A DNA stretch of 37,305 nucleotides, taken from an uncultured bacterium (GTDB lineage: Bacteria > CAIJMQ01). A program made the translations under genes and the position numbers. The notes beneath the pieces were generated by a model that was given only the letters and a program-made list of their open reading frames with translations, ran no database searches and had not been told where the DNA came from. Where the stretch lies: positions 1 through 37,305 of the forward strand of contig CAIJMQ010000018.1 of the NCBI GenBank assembly GCA_903821905.1. Direction: 5' to 3'. Below, in pieces: positions 18,220 to 27,734 of the stretch (its first letter is position 1; every line of letters starts with the position of its first letter).

Positions 18220-21191
18220 TAGATAAAAGTAAAACAAAAAAGCAACTTTTGAGTGAAATCAAGAAGTTAAGCAGACAGCTTGGCGAGCTGACAAAATCCG
18301 GAAGAGTATGCACATTACAGGAAAAACAATGCAGGGAATTAATACGAAAAGGGAAAGACGTCCTATTTACACTTGATCCGGAAGGCAACGTTACCTCTAT
18401 AAATGCAATAGCAAAGAAAATAGCTGGCTATAAACAAGAAGAGTTAATAGGTAAAAATTTTAGAACGTTAGTTACCGAACAAACTAAAAAGAAAACAGAA
18501 GAAGATTTCAGCCGTATGCTTAAAAAAGGGGAAATCACAACAGAAATTACATTACTTGGGAAAAAGGGTAAACCCTGTTTTTTCGATTGCAATGTCAAAA
18601 CTATTAAAAAAGGCAAGAAAATTACCGAGATAAAAGGGGTTGTTCGAGACATTACAAAATATAAACAAATTGAAGACGATTTGCAGGAAACAAAAAGACA
18701 GATAGAATTTGTGTTAGGAAGTACAAAAACAGGTTTGGACATCATAGATTCTAATTTCAATATTAGATATATAGATCCTGAATGGCAGAAAGTTTATGGT
18801 AACCATAAGGGGAAAAAATGTTACAAATATTTTATGGGGCGTAAAAGAGTTTGTCCCAACTGCAGTATAACTAAAGCATTTGCAACAAAAAAACCTGTTG
18901 TCAGCGAAGAGATTCTTATTAAGGAAAACAACCGCCCCATACAAGTCACCACGATGCCTTTCCAAGCCAAAGACGGTGAATGGCTCGTTGCAGAGGTTAA
19001 TGTAGATATAACCGAGCGTAAACGATTAGAAAACATTCTACAGGAATCCGAGGGGAAATTTAGGGGTGTAGTGGATAATATAGCCATCGGAGTATCTCTT
19101 ATTAGCCCAAACATGGAAATACTAGCATTAAATAAAAAGATGAAAGAGTGGTTCCCCAATATCGATGCCAATAAAAAACTTGTCTGTTATAAAGCATTCA
19201 ATAATCCCCCAAGCGAAACAATATGTTCTTACTGCCCGACTTATAAAACTTTAAATGACGGACAGATACATGAATCAATAACAGAGACACCTGCAGGCGA
19301 TAAGATTATCAATTACAGAGTTGTTTCCTCGCCTGTCATTAATAACAACGGTCAAATTGTAGCAGCCATAGAGATGGTAGAAGACATTACCAAGCGCAAA
19401 CAATCGGAAGAGGCTCTGCGTATAAGCGAGAAAAAGATTCGCGCCATTTTTGACCAGACTTTTCAGTTTATAGGTCTGATGACAGTGGATGGTAAGCTTA
19501 TTGAGGCAAACAGAACGGCTATGCACTTTGCAGGAATTAATGAATCGGATTGTTTGGGTAAACCTTTTTGGGATACGCCCTGGTGGACTCATTCAAAAGA
19601 GATGCAGAATAAGCTACGCGAAGCTGTAAAAAGAGCCTTGAGTGGTGAAACCGTACTCTTCGAAGCAACCCATCTTGCCGCCGATAAAAGTCTTCACTAC
19701 ATAGATTTTTCGCTTAAGCCAATTAAGGATGAGGACGGAAAGGTAGTTTTTCTTATTCCTGAAGGGCACGATATCACTGAGCGCAAACAATCGGAAGAAC
19801 AATTAAAAAAATACCAGACAAATCTGGAGGAATTAGTTGAAGAACGCACAAAGGAATTACAAAAGGTAAATAAACAAATCCGACAAGATGTAATTTCTTG
19901 CAATTTAATGAGCCAAGAAATAAGTGAAAGCGAAAAACGATACAGAGAACTTTGGGATAATGCGCCCGTTGCTTACCATACTTTAGACATGAAAGGTATT
20001 ATCACAAATGTAAACAAGACTGAAGTGAAATTGCTCGGTTATAAAACTGAAGAAATGATAGGTAAATCCATTTTTGATTTTATACTGCCTGAACAAAAAG
20101 AAGAAGCTGAAAAAAGATTCCAGCAGAAATTGTCCGGCAAACGCATCTCAAGGGCTGAAAGTAGAATATACATTAGGAAAGATGGTTCTAAAATTTATGT
20201 GTCTATTGATGATGCATTTGAATACGATAGTAATGGAAAAATTGTGGGGATTAAAACAACAATGGTGGATTTTACTGAAAACAAGAAGATGGAAGAAGCT
20301 TTGCGGGAATCGGAATCGCAGTACCGTACAACGATTAATTCCATGAGAGATGCAATCAATGTTGTTGATGCAGATTTACGGATTATCCTATGCAATAACG
20401 CCCTCCAAGAATGGCTGGGTGCCCTTGGCTTTAAAACGGATTTAATGGGGAAAAAATTATTTGATGTACTTCCTTTCCTGTCTGATAATGTCCGTAACGA
20501 ATATAATCAAGTATTTGAATCCGGGGAAATACTAGTAACAGAGGAACGCCTCAATTTGGGAGGGAAAGAATGGGTTACTGAAATACGCAAGATACCGATT
20601 TGGGAGGCTGGTAAAGTAATCAGGATACTTACCATAATTAGAGATGTAACTGAGAGAAGAAAAACAGAAGAAACCATCAGATACTTGGCTTATTATGATA
20701 CTTTAACTAATTTGCCAAACAGAACACTTTTTAATAATCGGCTGGCTTTGGAGTTGAGCCGCGCACAAAGAAACAAACAAAAAGTATCTGTTATGATGCT
20801 AGACCTTGATAAATTCAAGAATGTTAACGACAGCCTGGGACACAGTTTCGGTGACCAATTATTGCAGGATGTTGCTAAAAGATTGTCAGAGACTGTGCGT
20901 TCAAGCGATACTGTATCGCGTATGGGTGGAGACGAATTTATTTTATTATTACCAGAAATCACTAGTGGAGAAAATATCACTATTATTGCCGAGAAAATAT
21001 TAGAAACGATTAGAAAACCATTTTTAATTAATAATCAAAAGCTTCAAATTACTACAAGCATTGGAATCAGCATCTATCCCGTTGATGGGGAAGACGCAGA
21101 AACCCTGATTAAAAACGCTGACATAGCAATGTATCAAGCCAAACAAACCGGTCGAGACCGATACTCCCAACATAAAACTGATTCAAAATAA
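18216..21191 (+). CDS. Cytoplasmic multi-PAS diguanylate cyclase (about 6 PAS/PAC + GGDEF)
   Basis: Repeated DIT/DFT/DVT-E-K PAC ends; YYDTLTNLPNR, DLDKFKNVNDSLGH, RSSD I-site, GGDEF; no EAL. Start placed at ATG 18216 (ORF track extends it to TTG 18165). Confidence 0.93.
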   Translation: MIDKSKTKKQLLSEIKKLSRQLGELTKSGRVCTLQEKQCRELIRKGKDVLFTLDPEGNVTSINAIAKKIAGYKQEELIGKNFRTLVTEQTKKKTEEDFSRMLKKGEITTEITLLGKKGKPCFFDCNVKTIKKGKKITEIKGVVRDITKYKQIEDDLQETKRQIEFVLGSTKTGLDIIDSNFNIRYIDPEWQKVYGNHKGKKCYKYFMGRKRVCPNCSITKAFATKKPVVSEEILIKENNRPIQVTTMPFQAKDGEWLVAEVNVDITERKRLENILQESEGKFRGVVDNIAIGVSLISPNMEILALNKKMKEWFPNIDANKKLVCYKAFNNPPSETICSYCPTYKTLNDGQIHESITETPAGDKIINYRVVSSPVINNNGQIVAAIEMVEDITKRKQSEEALRISEKKIRAIFDQTFQFIGLMTVDGKLIEANRTAMHFAGINESDCLGKPFWDTPWWTHSKEMQNKLREAVKRALSGETVLFEATHLAADKSLHYIDFSLKPIKDEDGKVVFLIPEGHDITERKQSEEQLKKYQTNLEELVEERTKELQKVNKQIRQDVISCNLMSQEISESEKRYRELWDNAPVAYHTLDMKGIITNVNKTEVKLLGYKTEEMIGKSIFDFILPEQKEEAEKRFQQKLSGKRISRAESRIYIRKDGSKIYVSIDDAFEYDSNGKIVGIKTTMVDFTENKKMEEALRESESQYRTTINSMRDAINVVDADLRIILCNNALQEWLGALGFKTDLMGKKLFDVLPFLSDNVRNEYNQVFESGEILVTEERLNLGGKEWVTEIRKIPIWEAGKVIRILTIIRDVTERRKTEETIRYLAYYDTLTNLPNRTLFNNRLALELSRAQRNKQKVSVMMLDLDKFKNVNDSLGHSFGDQLLQDVAKRLSETVRSSDTVSRMGGDEFILLLPEITSGENITIIAEKILETIRKPFLINNQKLQITTSIGISIYPVDGEDAETLIKNADIAMYQAKQTGRDRYSQHKTDSK

Positions 21192-21243
21192 ATAATAGTC
21201 AAAATCTTGCCTGAATTTAATTCTTCCTGTAAAATATAAACGT

Positions 21244-21606
21244 ATGGATTATGAAATTAAATTGTCGGATGACAAATCCTTTGTAATAGTCCATGTGAAA
21301 AAACACTTATCTACACAAGTAGCATTGGTTTTTACACAAGAGGCGGTAGACCTTGCCAGCAAACACAACATAAATTGTTATCTTATTGATATACGTGGTA
21401 TTAAAAATACATGGAGCCCTTTTGAAACTTATCAGTTTGCCCACGATCTTGAGAAATATGGACGGCAACGTTTACATAAGGTTGTTTTACTCGTTGACTC
21501 TACTGATAAAACACACGCTTTCCTTGAAACTACTATAGTAAATCAGGGTCATAATAATCATCTTTTCACTAATTATGACGAAGCTGTTGCTTGGCTAAAG
21601 AGTTAG
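21244..21606 (+). CDS. Small hypothetical protein, SpoIIAA/STAS-like fold
   Basis: LIDIR core strand and C-terminal LFTNYDEAVAWL, typical of SpoIIAA-like proteins. Confidence 0.65.
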   Translation: MDYEIKLSDDKSFVIVHVKKHLSTQVALVFTQEAVDLASKHNINCYLIDIRGIKNTWSPFETYQFAHDLEKYGRQRLHKVVLLVDSTDKTHAFLETTIVNQGHNNHLFTNYDEAVAWLKS

Positions 21607-21643
21607 TTTTTGAAAACATTTGATAAATTAAAACAAATTATTT

Positions 21644-22333
21644 TCAATCCACAAACCTGTATTTGAAGAGACAGAAAAAAGCGCTTAAACCATCCTTCAT
21701 CCTTATCTTTTTGCCTTCTTCATATCCTCTTCCCGAGTAAGTTATAGGAACTTCCCAGAGCTTATAGTTGTCTTTTAAAACTTTAGCAGTAACTTCCACT
21801 TCAAAATCAAACCCTGAAGATTTGAGATTGAAAGATTTTAAGATTTCGGTTTTGAACAACTTAAAACAGGTCTCAAAATCAGAAAGATTAACGTTATAAA
21901 GTATATTGGCAGTAAGATTCAAAAAGAAATTACCTGCGAAATGCCAGAATAAAAGAACTCTGTGCGCACTAAGAAACCGTGTGCCGTAAACCACATCGGC
22001 TTTACCGTCCAGAATAGGCTTTAAAAGGGCAGGGTATTCTTTAGGGCTATACTCTAAATCAGCATCCTGAATTATTACAAGTTCACCGGTGACATTAGGA
22101 AGTGCTGTCTTAATAGCAAAACCTTTACCGATATTTGAATTATGATGGAACAATTTAAAACCTTTCTCATTTTTAAGATTTTCTAAAATTTTTTCTGTTC
22201 CATCTGTAGAACCATCATCAACAACAATTAATTCTTTTTCAATATTACCCAAATCTACGTTAAATACCTCATCTATAGCTTTAGAAACGGTATTTTTTTC
22301 ATTATAAACCGGCATTATTATGGATAGTTTCAT
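21644..22333 (-). CDS. Glycosyltransferase family 2 (DPM1-like)
   Basis: SIIMPVYNE, VVDDGSTDGT, NIGKG, IQDADLEY, DFETCFK. Confidence 0.93.
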   Translation of the reverse strand: MKLSIIMPVYNEKNTVSKAIDEVFNVDLGNIEKELIVVDDGSTDGTEKILENLKNEKGFKLFHHNSNIGKGFAIKTALPNVTGELVIIQDADLEYSPKEYPALLKPILDGKADVVYGTRFLSAHRVLLFWHFAGNFFLNLTANILYNVNLSDFETCFKLFKTEILKSFNLKSSGFDFEVEVTAKVLKDNYKLWEVPITYSGRGYEEGKKIRMKDGLSAFFCLFKYRFVD

Positions 22334-22344
22334 GCTTAATATGG

Positions 22345-22593
22345 TTAATATTCTTTTAAGATTTTAAGAAGTGTCTTAACCTTTTCCTGAACAACTTTTC
22401 TCTCTTCCTCAAGAATTTTTATCCTGTCTTTTAGAAGCACATCTTCCTTATTGCCTCGTGTTAATTTCGTGGTCCGTACCTTGAGTTCTTCGAGTTCGTT
22501 TTTTAATTCATCTCTTTCTTTTTTGATTCTGTTGTATGCAGTAATGAGATTTTCAACCTTATCTGTAAACTCCGCCAATTTCTGCTCAAACAT
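22345..22593 (-). CDS. Coiled-coil protein, ZapB-like cell division protein
   Basis: 82-aa heptad-rich helix directly downstream of pheT. Confidence 0.55.
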   Translation of the reverse strand: MFEQKLAEFTDKVENLITAYNRIKKERDELKNELEELKVRTTKLTRGNKEDVLLKDRIKILEEERKVVQEKVKTLLKILKEY

Positions 22594-22615
22594 GCCTTTT
22601 CATTTCATTAAGGAG

Positions 22616-24994
22616 CTAACTTCTTAACTTTAACCCCAATTCTTCTTCCAATTTCCTGATAATATTATTCTGCAATTGATTAACTTCATCGTCAGTTAAT
22701 GTTTTTTTGTCTGAACGGAAACACAGGGAATAGGACATGCTCTTATGACCTTCCGGGACCTGCTTGCCTTTATAGTAATCGAAAAGTTTTATTCTCTGGA
22801 TAAGCCCGTCCCCTTCCTTGATCATGGTTTCCTCAATCTTATTTGAAGAAACTGGGTCTGGCACTATAAAAGAAACATCTCTTATAATAGGAGGATATTT
22901 GGGTGCTGATTTAATTTTTCTCCTAAGTTGAATAGATGGCATAAGTAATTCTAAATCAATCTCGGCAATATAAGTTTTTTCTTTGAGCGAGAATTTGTCC
23001 ATTAGAACAGAATTAGCTTCACCTATCATCCCTACATTAATATTATCTTTCAAGAGTGAGAATGTGTAGGTTTCACTAAAAATGGAGTGTTTCTCTTTTT
23101 TGTAAGAAAGTTCTATGCCCAATTCCCCGAAAAGTGTTTCTATTATTCCTTTTAAAACATAAAATGAAGCTTTTTGCTCGGGATTAATCCAGTTTGGTTC
23201 CTGCCAATCCCCAGTTATAAAAATCCCTATATGTAAATCTTCTTTCGGAGATTTGCTCTTTCCATATCCGTATATACTGCGAAGTTCAAAAATTCTTATA
23301 TTTTTCTCACCTCTCGAGATGTTCCCTTCCGACACCTGAAGCAGCGAAGGAACTAAAGAATATCTTAGGAACTCAAATTCTTCCGAGATAGGATTATCTA
23401 TTTTGATAGTCTCATCCGTAATGTTCATTAAAGATTTCTTTATTAAATCGGCGCTTATAAAAGAATAGTTTACTACCTCATTAAGGGAAAGCCGGTTCAA
23501 TATGCTTCGGCACTTTTTGATAACTTTTCCTCTATTATCTTCTCTAAGAGAAGGCATTCTACCCAAAGGAAGAGAAGTGGGTATAAGGTCATAATTATTT
23601 ATCCGCGCGATTTCTTCTATCAGGTCAATCTCTTCTTTAACATCATTTCTAAAGCTGGGGACTTTCACATGTAAACGATTACCATTTTTTTTCGTATCAA
23701 AACCTAATCTTTGAAGTATTTTGTTATAAGAAGCAACCTCTACTCCAAGTACTCTTTTAATTTCAGAAGGATTAAAGGAAATTGTCTTTTGAGTAACTTT
23801 TCCCTTTACATCAGCCGTTCCTGATATAATCTCCCCGCTTGCCAATTCCTGCATAAGATAGCAGGCTCGATTGGCTGCAAATACAGTTCCTTCCGGGTCT
23901 ACCCCTCTTTCAAAACGATAAGAGCTCTCTGTTGCCAGATTCAATGATTTTGACGTTTTTCTTATTGATTGCGGAGCAAAATTAGCGCTCTCAAGGAGAA
24001 TATTTTTTGTGTTCTGGCTAACTCCAGCTTCTTCGCCACCCATTACTCCGGCAAGAGCAATAGGTTTTTTACTATCCGCTATAACAAGGTCTTGGGAAGA
24101 CAAAGTTTTTTGAGCACCGTCCAGACAAAGAATTTTTTCGTTGTCTTTTGCCTTTCTGATTATAATTTGTCTATCTGAAATCTTATCGTAATCAAAAGCG
24201 TGTAGCGGTTGACCCGTTTCAAACATAACATAATTTGTTATATCCACTATGTTGTTTATCGGGCGGACACCTGCAAGAATAAGTCTTTTTTTCATCCATT
24301 GCGGAGAATCTTTAATTTGTATGCCCGTAATAATTCTTGCCGTATATCTCGGGCATAAGTTTGCATCTTTTACCTCAACATTTATTTTGTCTTTTGTCTT
24401 TTCTTTTGTTTCTTTGATTTTAATTGGCGGTAGTTTTAATTCTTGAGAAGTTAATGCTGCAATCTCTCTGGCTACACCGAGTATGGACAAACAATCGCCT
24501 CTGTTAGGAGTTATTTTAATTTCAACGACAGCATCTTTTAACCCCATTACATCCGATAATTCTTTTCCTACTTCGCACTTGTCAGGTAGAATCCATATTC
24601 CCTCGGAACTATCACTAAGCCCCAATTCAACTTCAGAACATATCATTCCCTCCGACTCGATTCCTCTAATTGCACGCTTTTCTATCTTTAATCCAGTGGG
24701 AAGGGTGGTGCCGGGTAGAACCACTGGGACCTTTATCCCTTCCTTTACATTAGAAGCACCGCAGATAATATGTTTGGGAGAACCTTCGCTAACATCTACC
24801 ATACATATTGTCAGCTTGTCCGCAGAAGGATGTTTTTTAACGGAAAGGACTTTACCTATCTTTATGCCTTGAAGGAGAGTGTCTTCTTCAATTCTTTCTA
24901 CTTCAATACCCAACTGTAATAATTTTTCAGCAAGTTCTTGGGTAGAAAAAGGGATATCTACGAACTCTTTAAGCCAATTGATTGGAACTTTCAT
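22616..24994 (-). CDS. pheT: Phenylalanine--tRNA ligase beta subunit
   Basis: WLKEFV, HPSADKL, ESEGMICS, ITPNRGDCLS, GQPLHAFD, SSYRFERGVD, DLIEEIAR, C-terminal FDX-ACB domain. Confidence 0.98.
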   Translation of the reverse strand: MKVPINWLKEFVDIPFSTQELAEKLLQLGIEVERIEEDTLLQGIKIGKVLSVKKHPSADKLTICMVDVSEGSPKHIICGASNVKEGIKVPVVLPGTTLPTGLKIEKRAIRGIESEGMICSEVELGLSDSSEGIWILPDKCEVGKELSDVMGLKDAVVEIKITPNRGDCLSILGVAREIAALTSQELKLPPIKIKETKEKTKDKINVEVKDANLCPRYTARIITGIQIKDSPQWMKKRLILAGVRPINNIVDITNYVMFETGQPLHAFDYDKISDRQIIIRKAKDNEKILCLDGAQKTLSSQDLVIADSKKPIALAGVMGGEEAGVSQNTKNILLESANFAPQSIRKTSKSLNLATESSYRFERGVDPEGTVFAANRACYLMQELASGEIISGTADVKGKVTQKTISFNPSEIKRVLGVEVASYNKILQRLGFDTKKNGNRLHVKVPSFRNDVKEEIDLIEEIARINNYDLIPTSLPLGRMPSLREDNRGKVIKKCRSILNRLSLNEVVNYSFISADLIKKSLMNITDETIKIDNPISEEFEFLRYSLVPSLLQVSEGNISRGEKNIRIFELRSIYGYGKSKSPKEDLHIGIFITGDWQEPNWINPEQKASFYVLKGIIETLFGELGIELSYKKEKHSIFSETYTFSLLKDNINVGMIGEANSVLMDKFSLKEKTYIAEIDLELLMPSIQLRRKIKSAPKYPPIIRDVSFIVPDPVSSNKIEETMIKEGDGLIQRIKLFDYYKGKQVPEGHKSMSYSLCFRSDKKTLTDDEVNQLQNNIIRKLEEELGLKLRS

Positions 24995-25632
24995 TTTTGT
25001 GTACTCATTCTATTTTTTACTCTTTCTAGCAATTTAGTAGCTACTTCTTCCAAAGTTTTTCCACTTTTTATAGAATTACATTCAAAACAACAAGTAACTA
25101 AGTTTTCTTTTGAATTATCCCCGCCTTTTGATATTGGTATCTTATGGTCTAATGTGGCATTATTCTGGGTTACTTTTTCACCACAATATTGACACCTATA
25201 ATCATCTCTTTCAAAGATAAGTTTCCTGTTTGCAGGGTTTTCGAAATAATCTTCCGATAATTCCTCTGTTGGAGTTTTATTTTTTTCTTGTTTTAATTCC
25301 AAGCTTTCTTCTATTTCTGAAGGGAGTTTCACCCTATAGATTTTACCTAAATGATGAACTCCCAGTATCTCTATATGTCCCTTTTTTATCAACGCCCTAA
25401 TATTTTCACTAACTGCGTTAGGACTTAATCCCTTCTTAAGGGAATTGCTCTTTGCGGATTTACTAACTTCTTTAGCAATAGTCCTGTCACCAACTTGAAA
25501 TGAATTTTTACCTGTTTCAAAAAAAGACCATCTTAGAAGATAATTATAAATTGACTGTTCAATAGGGGTTTGTAAAGGCGACAAATAATCAATAACCTCT
25601 TTGAAAATTTTTATTAATTCGGGTTTATCCAT
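24991..25632 (-). CDS. HNH endonuclease (McrA-like) with a putative N-terminal winged helix-turn-helix
   Basis: RDDYRCQYCG..TLDHKIPISKGG....NLVTCCFECNSIK; N-terminal IYNYLL..RTIAKE..LSPNAVSENIRALIKKGHIE..IYRV. Confidence 0.85.
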   Translation of the reverse strand: MDKPELIKIFKEVIDYLSPLQTPIEQSIYNYLLRWSFFETGKNSFQVGDRTIAKEVSKSAKSNSLKKGLSPNAVSENIRALIKKGHIEILGVHHLGKIYRVKLPSEIEESLELKQEKNKTPTEELSEDYFENPANRKLIFERDDYRCQYCGEKVTQNNATLDHKIPISKGGDNSKENLVTCCFECNSIKSGKTLEEVATKLLERVKNRMSTQK

Positions 25633-25670
25633 ATCATATAGAATTATCAGAATACTTATTAGTAGACATT

Positions 25671-25700
25671 ATTGTAACTTTCCTATGTCTGAAATGTCAA
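25671..25700 (-). promoter_or_regulatory. Putative sigma70 promoter upstream of HNH-pheT, overlapped by an inverted repeat
   Basis: TTGACA-18 bp-TACAAT; AGACAT-N15-ATGTCT at 25664-25690. Confidence 0.55.
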
Positions 25701-25722
25701 ACTCTGGAAGGGTAAATTCAAA

Positions 25723-26889
25723 CTATAACGCTTCTTCCTGACAGGATTTAACCAAATCATCAATCCCTTTCTGAAGTTCTGGGGGTAGGCCTAAAATAGC
25801 GGTATCCATAAAACCTCTCACTATAACTGCCTGAGCTTCTTCGGAGCTTAAACCCCTAGTCATAAGATATTCAATCTCTTCCTTGGCGATTTTGCCAACG
25901 GCCGCTTCATGCGACATTTCCAAATCTTTGCCTTTCCCTTCTAGTTCCGGGATGGCAAGTATACTTCCTTCAGGAGAAAGAATAAGTCCCCTGCACTCCA
26001 AATGTGCTTTTACGGAAGGGGCTTCTCCCTTCAAATGACCTCTCGTTATAATCGTTCCTCCGTTAGTTACGGCGCGGGCTATTATCTCGGCTTTCGTATT
26101 AGGTTTACTCAAAATTACGCGGGAACCAATATCTAAATGCGAACCGGAATGTGCATATAGAATCGAATTAAAACGCGCCGTTGCACCTTCGCCTACCAAA
26201 GTTGCCGTAGGATACATCTGAATAGAATTGACCGGCTTAAGACAAACATAGTTGGATAAGAACATCCCGCCCTCTTCCACAATTGCCTTTGACCTCGGAC
26301 GAACCATAACTTCTTCAGCCCAATTGTGAATCATTGTAAACTTAATGGTTGCATTTTTCTTTATATAGAATTCGGAAATACCGATATGAGCACCCTTCTT
26401 CACATAAGAAGCGGTAGTGCATCCGGTTATTATATTCAGCTGGGAACCTTCTTCGGCGATAATAAGATTATGGACATTCTGCAATAGATTTTCTTTCTTC
26501 AAGAACAGACACGATTGTATGGGATAGCCTGCCTTAACGCCCGGCAATGCTCTTATAAAATAACCGTTGCGTGATTCCTTGTCTGCTAAAATTGTATACT
26601 CATCACTGTCTTTGGCAACCGCTTTCCACCAATAATCCTTCAGCCAATCATATTTCTTTAAGGCATCGCTGATATTCATAACCTCAAGCCCCTTCTGTAA
26701 ACTTGCGGCATGAACAACGCTATGGTCTAATTGTATGAATGTACCGGCGCGTCCTTTCTCGGAAACATCCACTCCTGTTTCAATCATGCTCTTCTTATCT
26801 ACAGGAGATATCTTAGAAAGGTTTTTTTGATATGGATGCTCCTGCGTATCACGGTCGAAATCTTTAATCCACAACTCTTTGTTTGCCAT
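25723..26889 (-). CDS. sufB: Fe-S cluster assembly scaffold, SufB/SufD family (SmsB-type)
   Basis: QNVHNLIIAEEGS..TGC, H.GISEFY, HLECRGL, SHEAAVGKI..IEYLMTRGL..IVRGF. Confidence 0.88.
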   Translation of the reverse strand: MANKELWIKDFDRDTQEHPYQKNLSKISPVDKKSMIETGVDVSEKGRAGTFIQLDHSVVHAASLQKGLEVMNISDALKKYDWLKDYWWKAVAKDSDEYTILADKESRNGYFIRALPGVKAGYPIQSCLFLKKENLLQNVHNLIIAEEGSQLNIITGCTTASYVKKGAHIGISEFYIKKNATIKFTMIHNWAEEVMVRPRSKAIVEEGGMFLSNYVCLKPVNSIQMYPTATLVGEGATARFNSILYAHSGSHLDIGSRVILSKPNTKAEIIARAVTNGGTIITRGHLKGEAPSVKAHLECRGLILSPEGSILAIPELEGKGKDLEMSHEAAVGKIAKEEIEYLMTRGLSSEEAQAVIVRGFMDTAILGLPPELQKGIDDLVKSCQEEAL

Positions 26890-26896
26890 ATTTTTA

Positions 26897-27640
26897 TCAG
26901 TTCTTTGCTTTAATCTTTTCCGGCTCTTTTCTGTGACAACTTATACATCCTTTATAACCGTATTTGCGTATTCTGTTTAAGATGTCGTGAGGGTCTCCAA
27001 CACACTGCACTTTTTTATTCTCCAAAACACATCCCCTGCTTGCATTTACATAATCGAGAATATGTCCAGTATGTGTAATAATCAGAGCCGATTTATCCTT
27101 ACCGGATAATTTGTTTATAACATCTCCGATTAACGCTATATTCTCCAAATCTACGCCCGACTCCGGCTCATCTAAAAGCAATAGGTCGGGGGATTGGGCT
27201 GCGAGTTGTAAAAGTTCGGAACGCTTCATCTCCCCGCCGGAGAAACCTAAATTCAGGTCTCTATCCAGAAACTCTTTCATGTTTAGTTTGGAAGCCATCT
27301 TTTCTACATCAAATTTCTTATTAGATGCTTTACTGGCGAGGGCAATCATCTGTCTCATCTTCACGCCTCTTACCGTCGGCGGTCTTTGAAGCAGAATGCC
27401 AATCCCTAACCGCGCACGCTCATCTATCGACAAATCGTTTATCACTTTTCCCTTGAAAATAATCTTTCCTTTAGTTATTTTGTATTCGGGGAATCCCATT
27501 ATAGCCATAACAAGCGATGTCTTGCCTGAGCCGTTCTGACCGAACATAATGGAAGTGACCCCTTTTTCTATTTTCAGGTTCACTCCGTCAAGAATCTTCT
27601 TGCCTGACACTTCAATGTGTAGATTTTCTATTGATAGCAT
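26897..27640 (-). CDS. sufC: Fe-S cluster assembly ABC ATPase SufC (SmsC-type)
   Basis: GQNGSGKT, LNLGFSGGEMKRSE, LLDEPESGVD; C-terminal C-x18-CxxC. Confidence 0.9.
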   Translation of the reverse strand: MLSIENLHIEVSGKKILDGVNLKIEKGVTSIMFGQNGSGKTSLVMAIMGFPEYKITKGKIIFKGKVINDLSIDERARLGIGILLQRPPTVRGVKMRQMIALASKASNKKFDVEKMASKLNMKEFLDRDLNLGFSGGEMKRSELLQLAAQSPDLLLLDEPESGVDLENIALIGDVINKLSGKDKSALIITHTGHILDYVNASRGCVLENKKVQCVGDPHDILNRIRKYGYKGCISCHRKEPEKIKAKN

Positions 27641-27671
27641 AACCGCACCTTCAATTATAAAATTTAACTAC

Positions 27672-27732
27672 AAAGGATAACACTAAACAAATTGAGTGGC
27701 AAGTGGAAAGGAAAAGGTTTTTCTTTGACGGC
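27672..27732 (-). repeat. Degenerate ~60-bp direct repeat, copy A, containing a promoter-like element
   Basis: AAAGGATAACACTAAACAA..AGTGGCAAGT.GGAAAGG..CTTTGACGGC; minus strand reads TTGCCA-17-TATCCT. Confidence 0.75.
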
Positions 27733-27734
27733 TT

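Noticed and set aside
24991-25632. HNH protein as an IscB/Cas9-like or group II intron-encoded nuclease
   Set aside because: Only 213 aa, with no RuvC, PLMP or RT motifs, and no room for an associated ncRNA (90-bp upstream gap, overlaps pheT).
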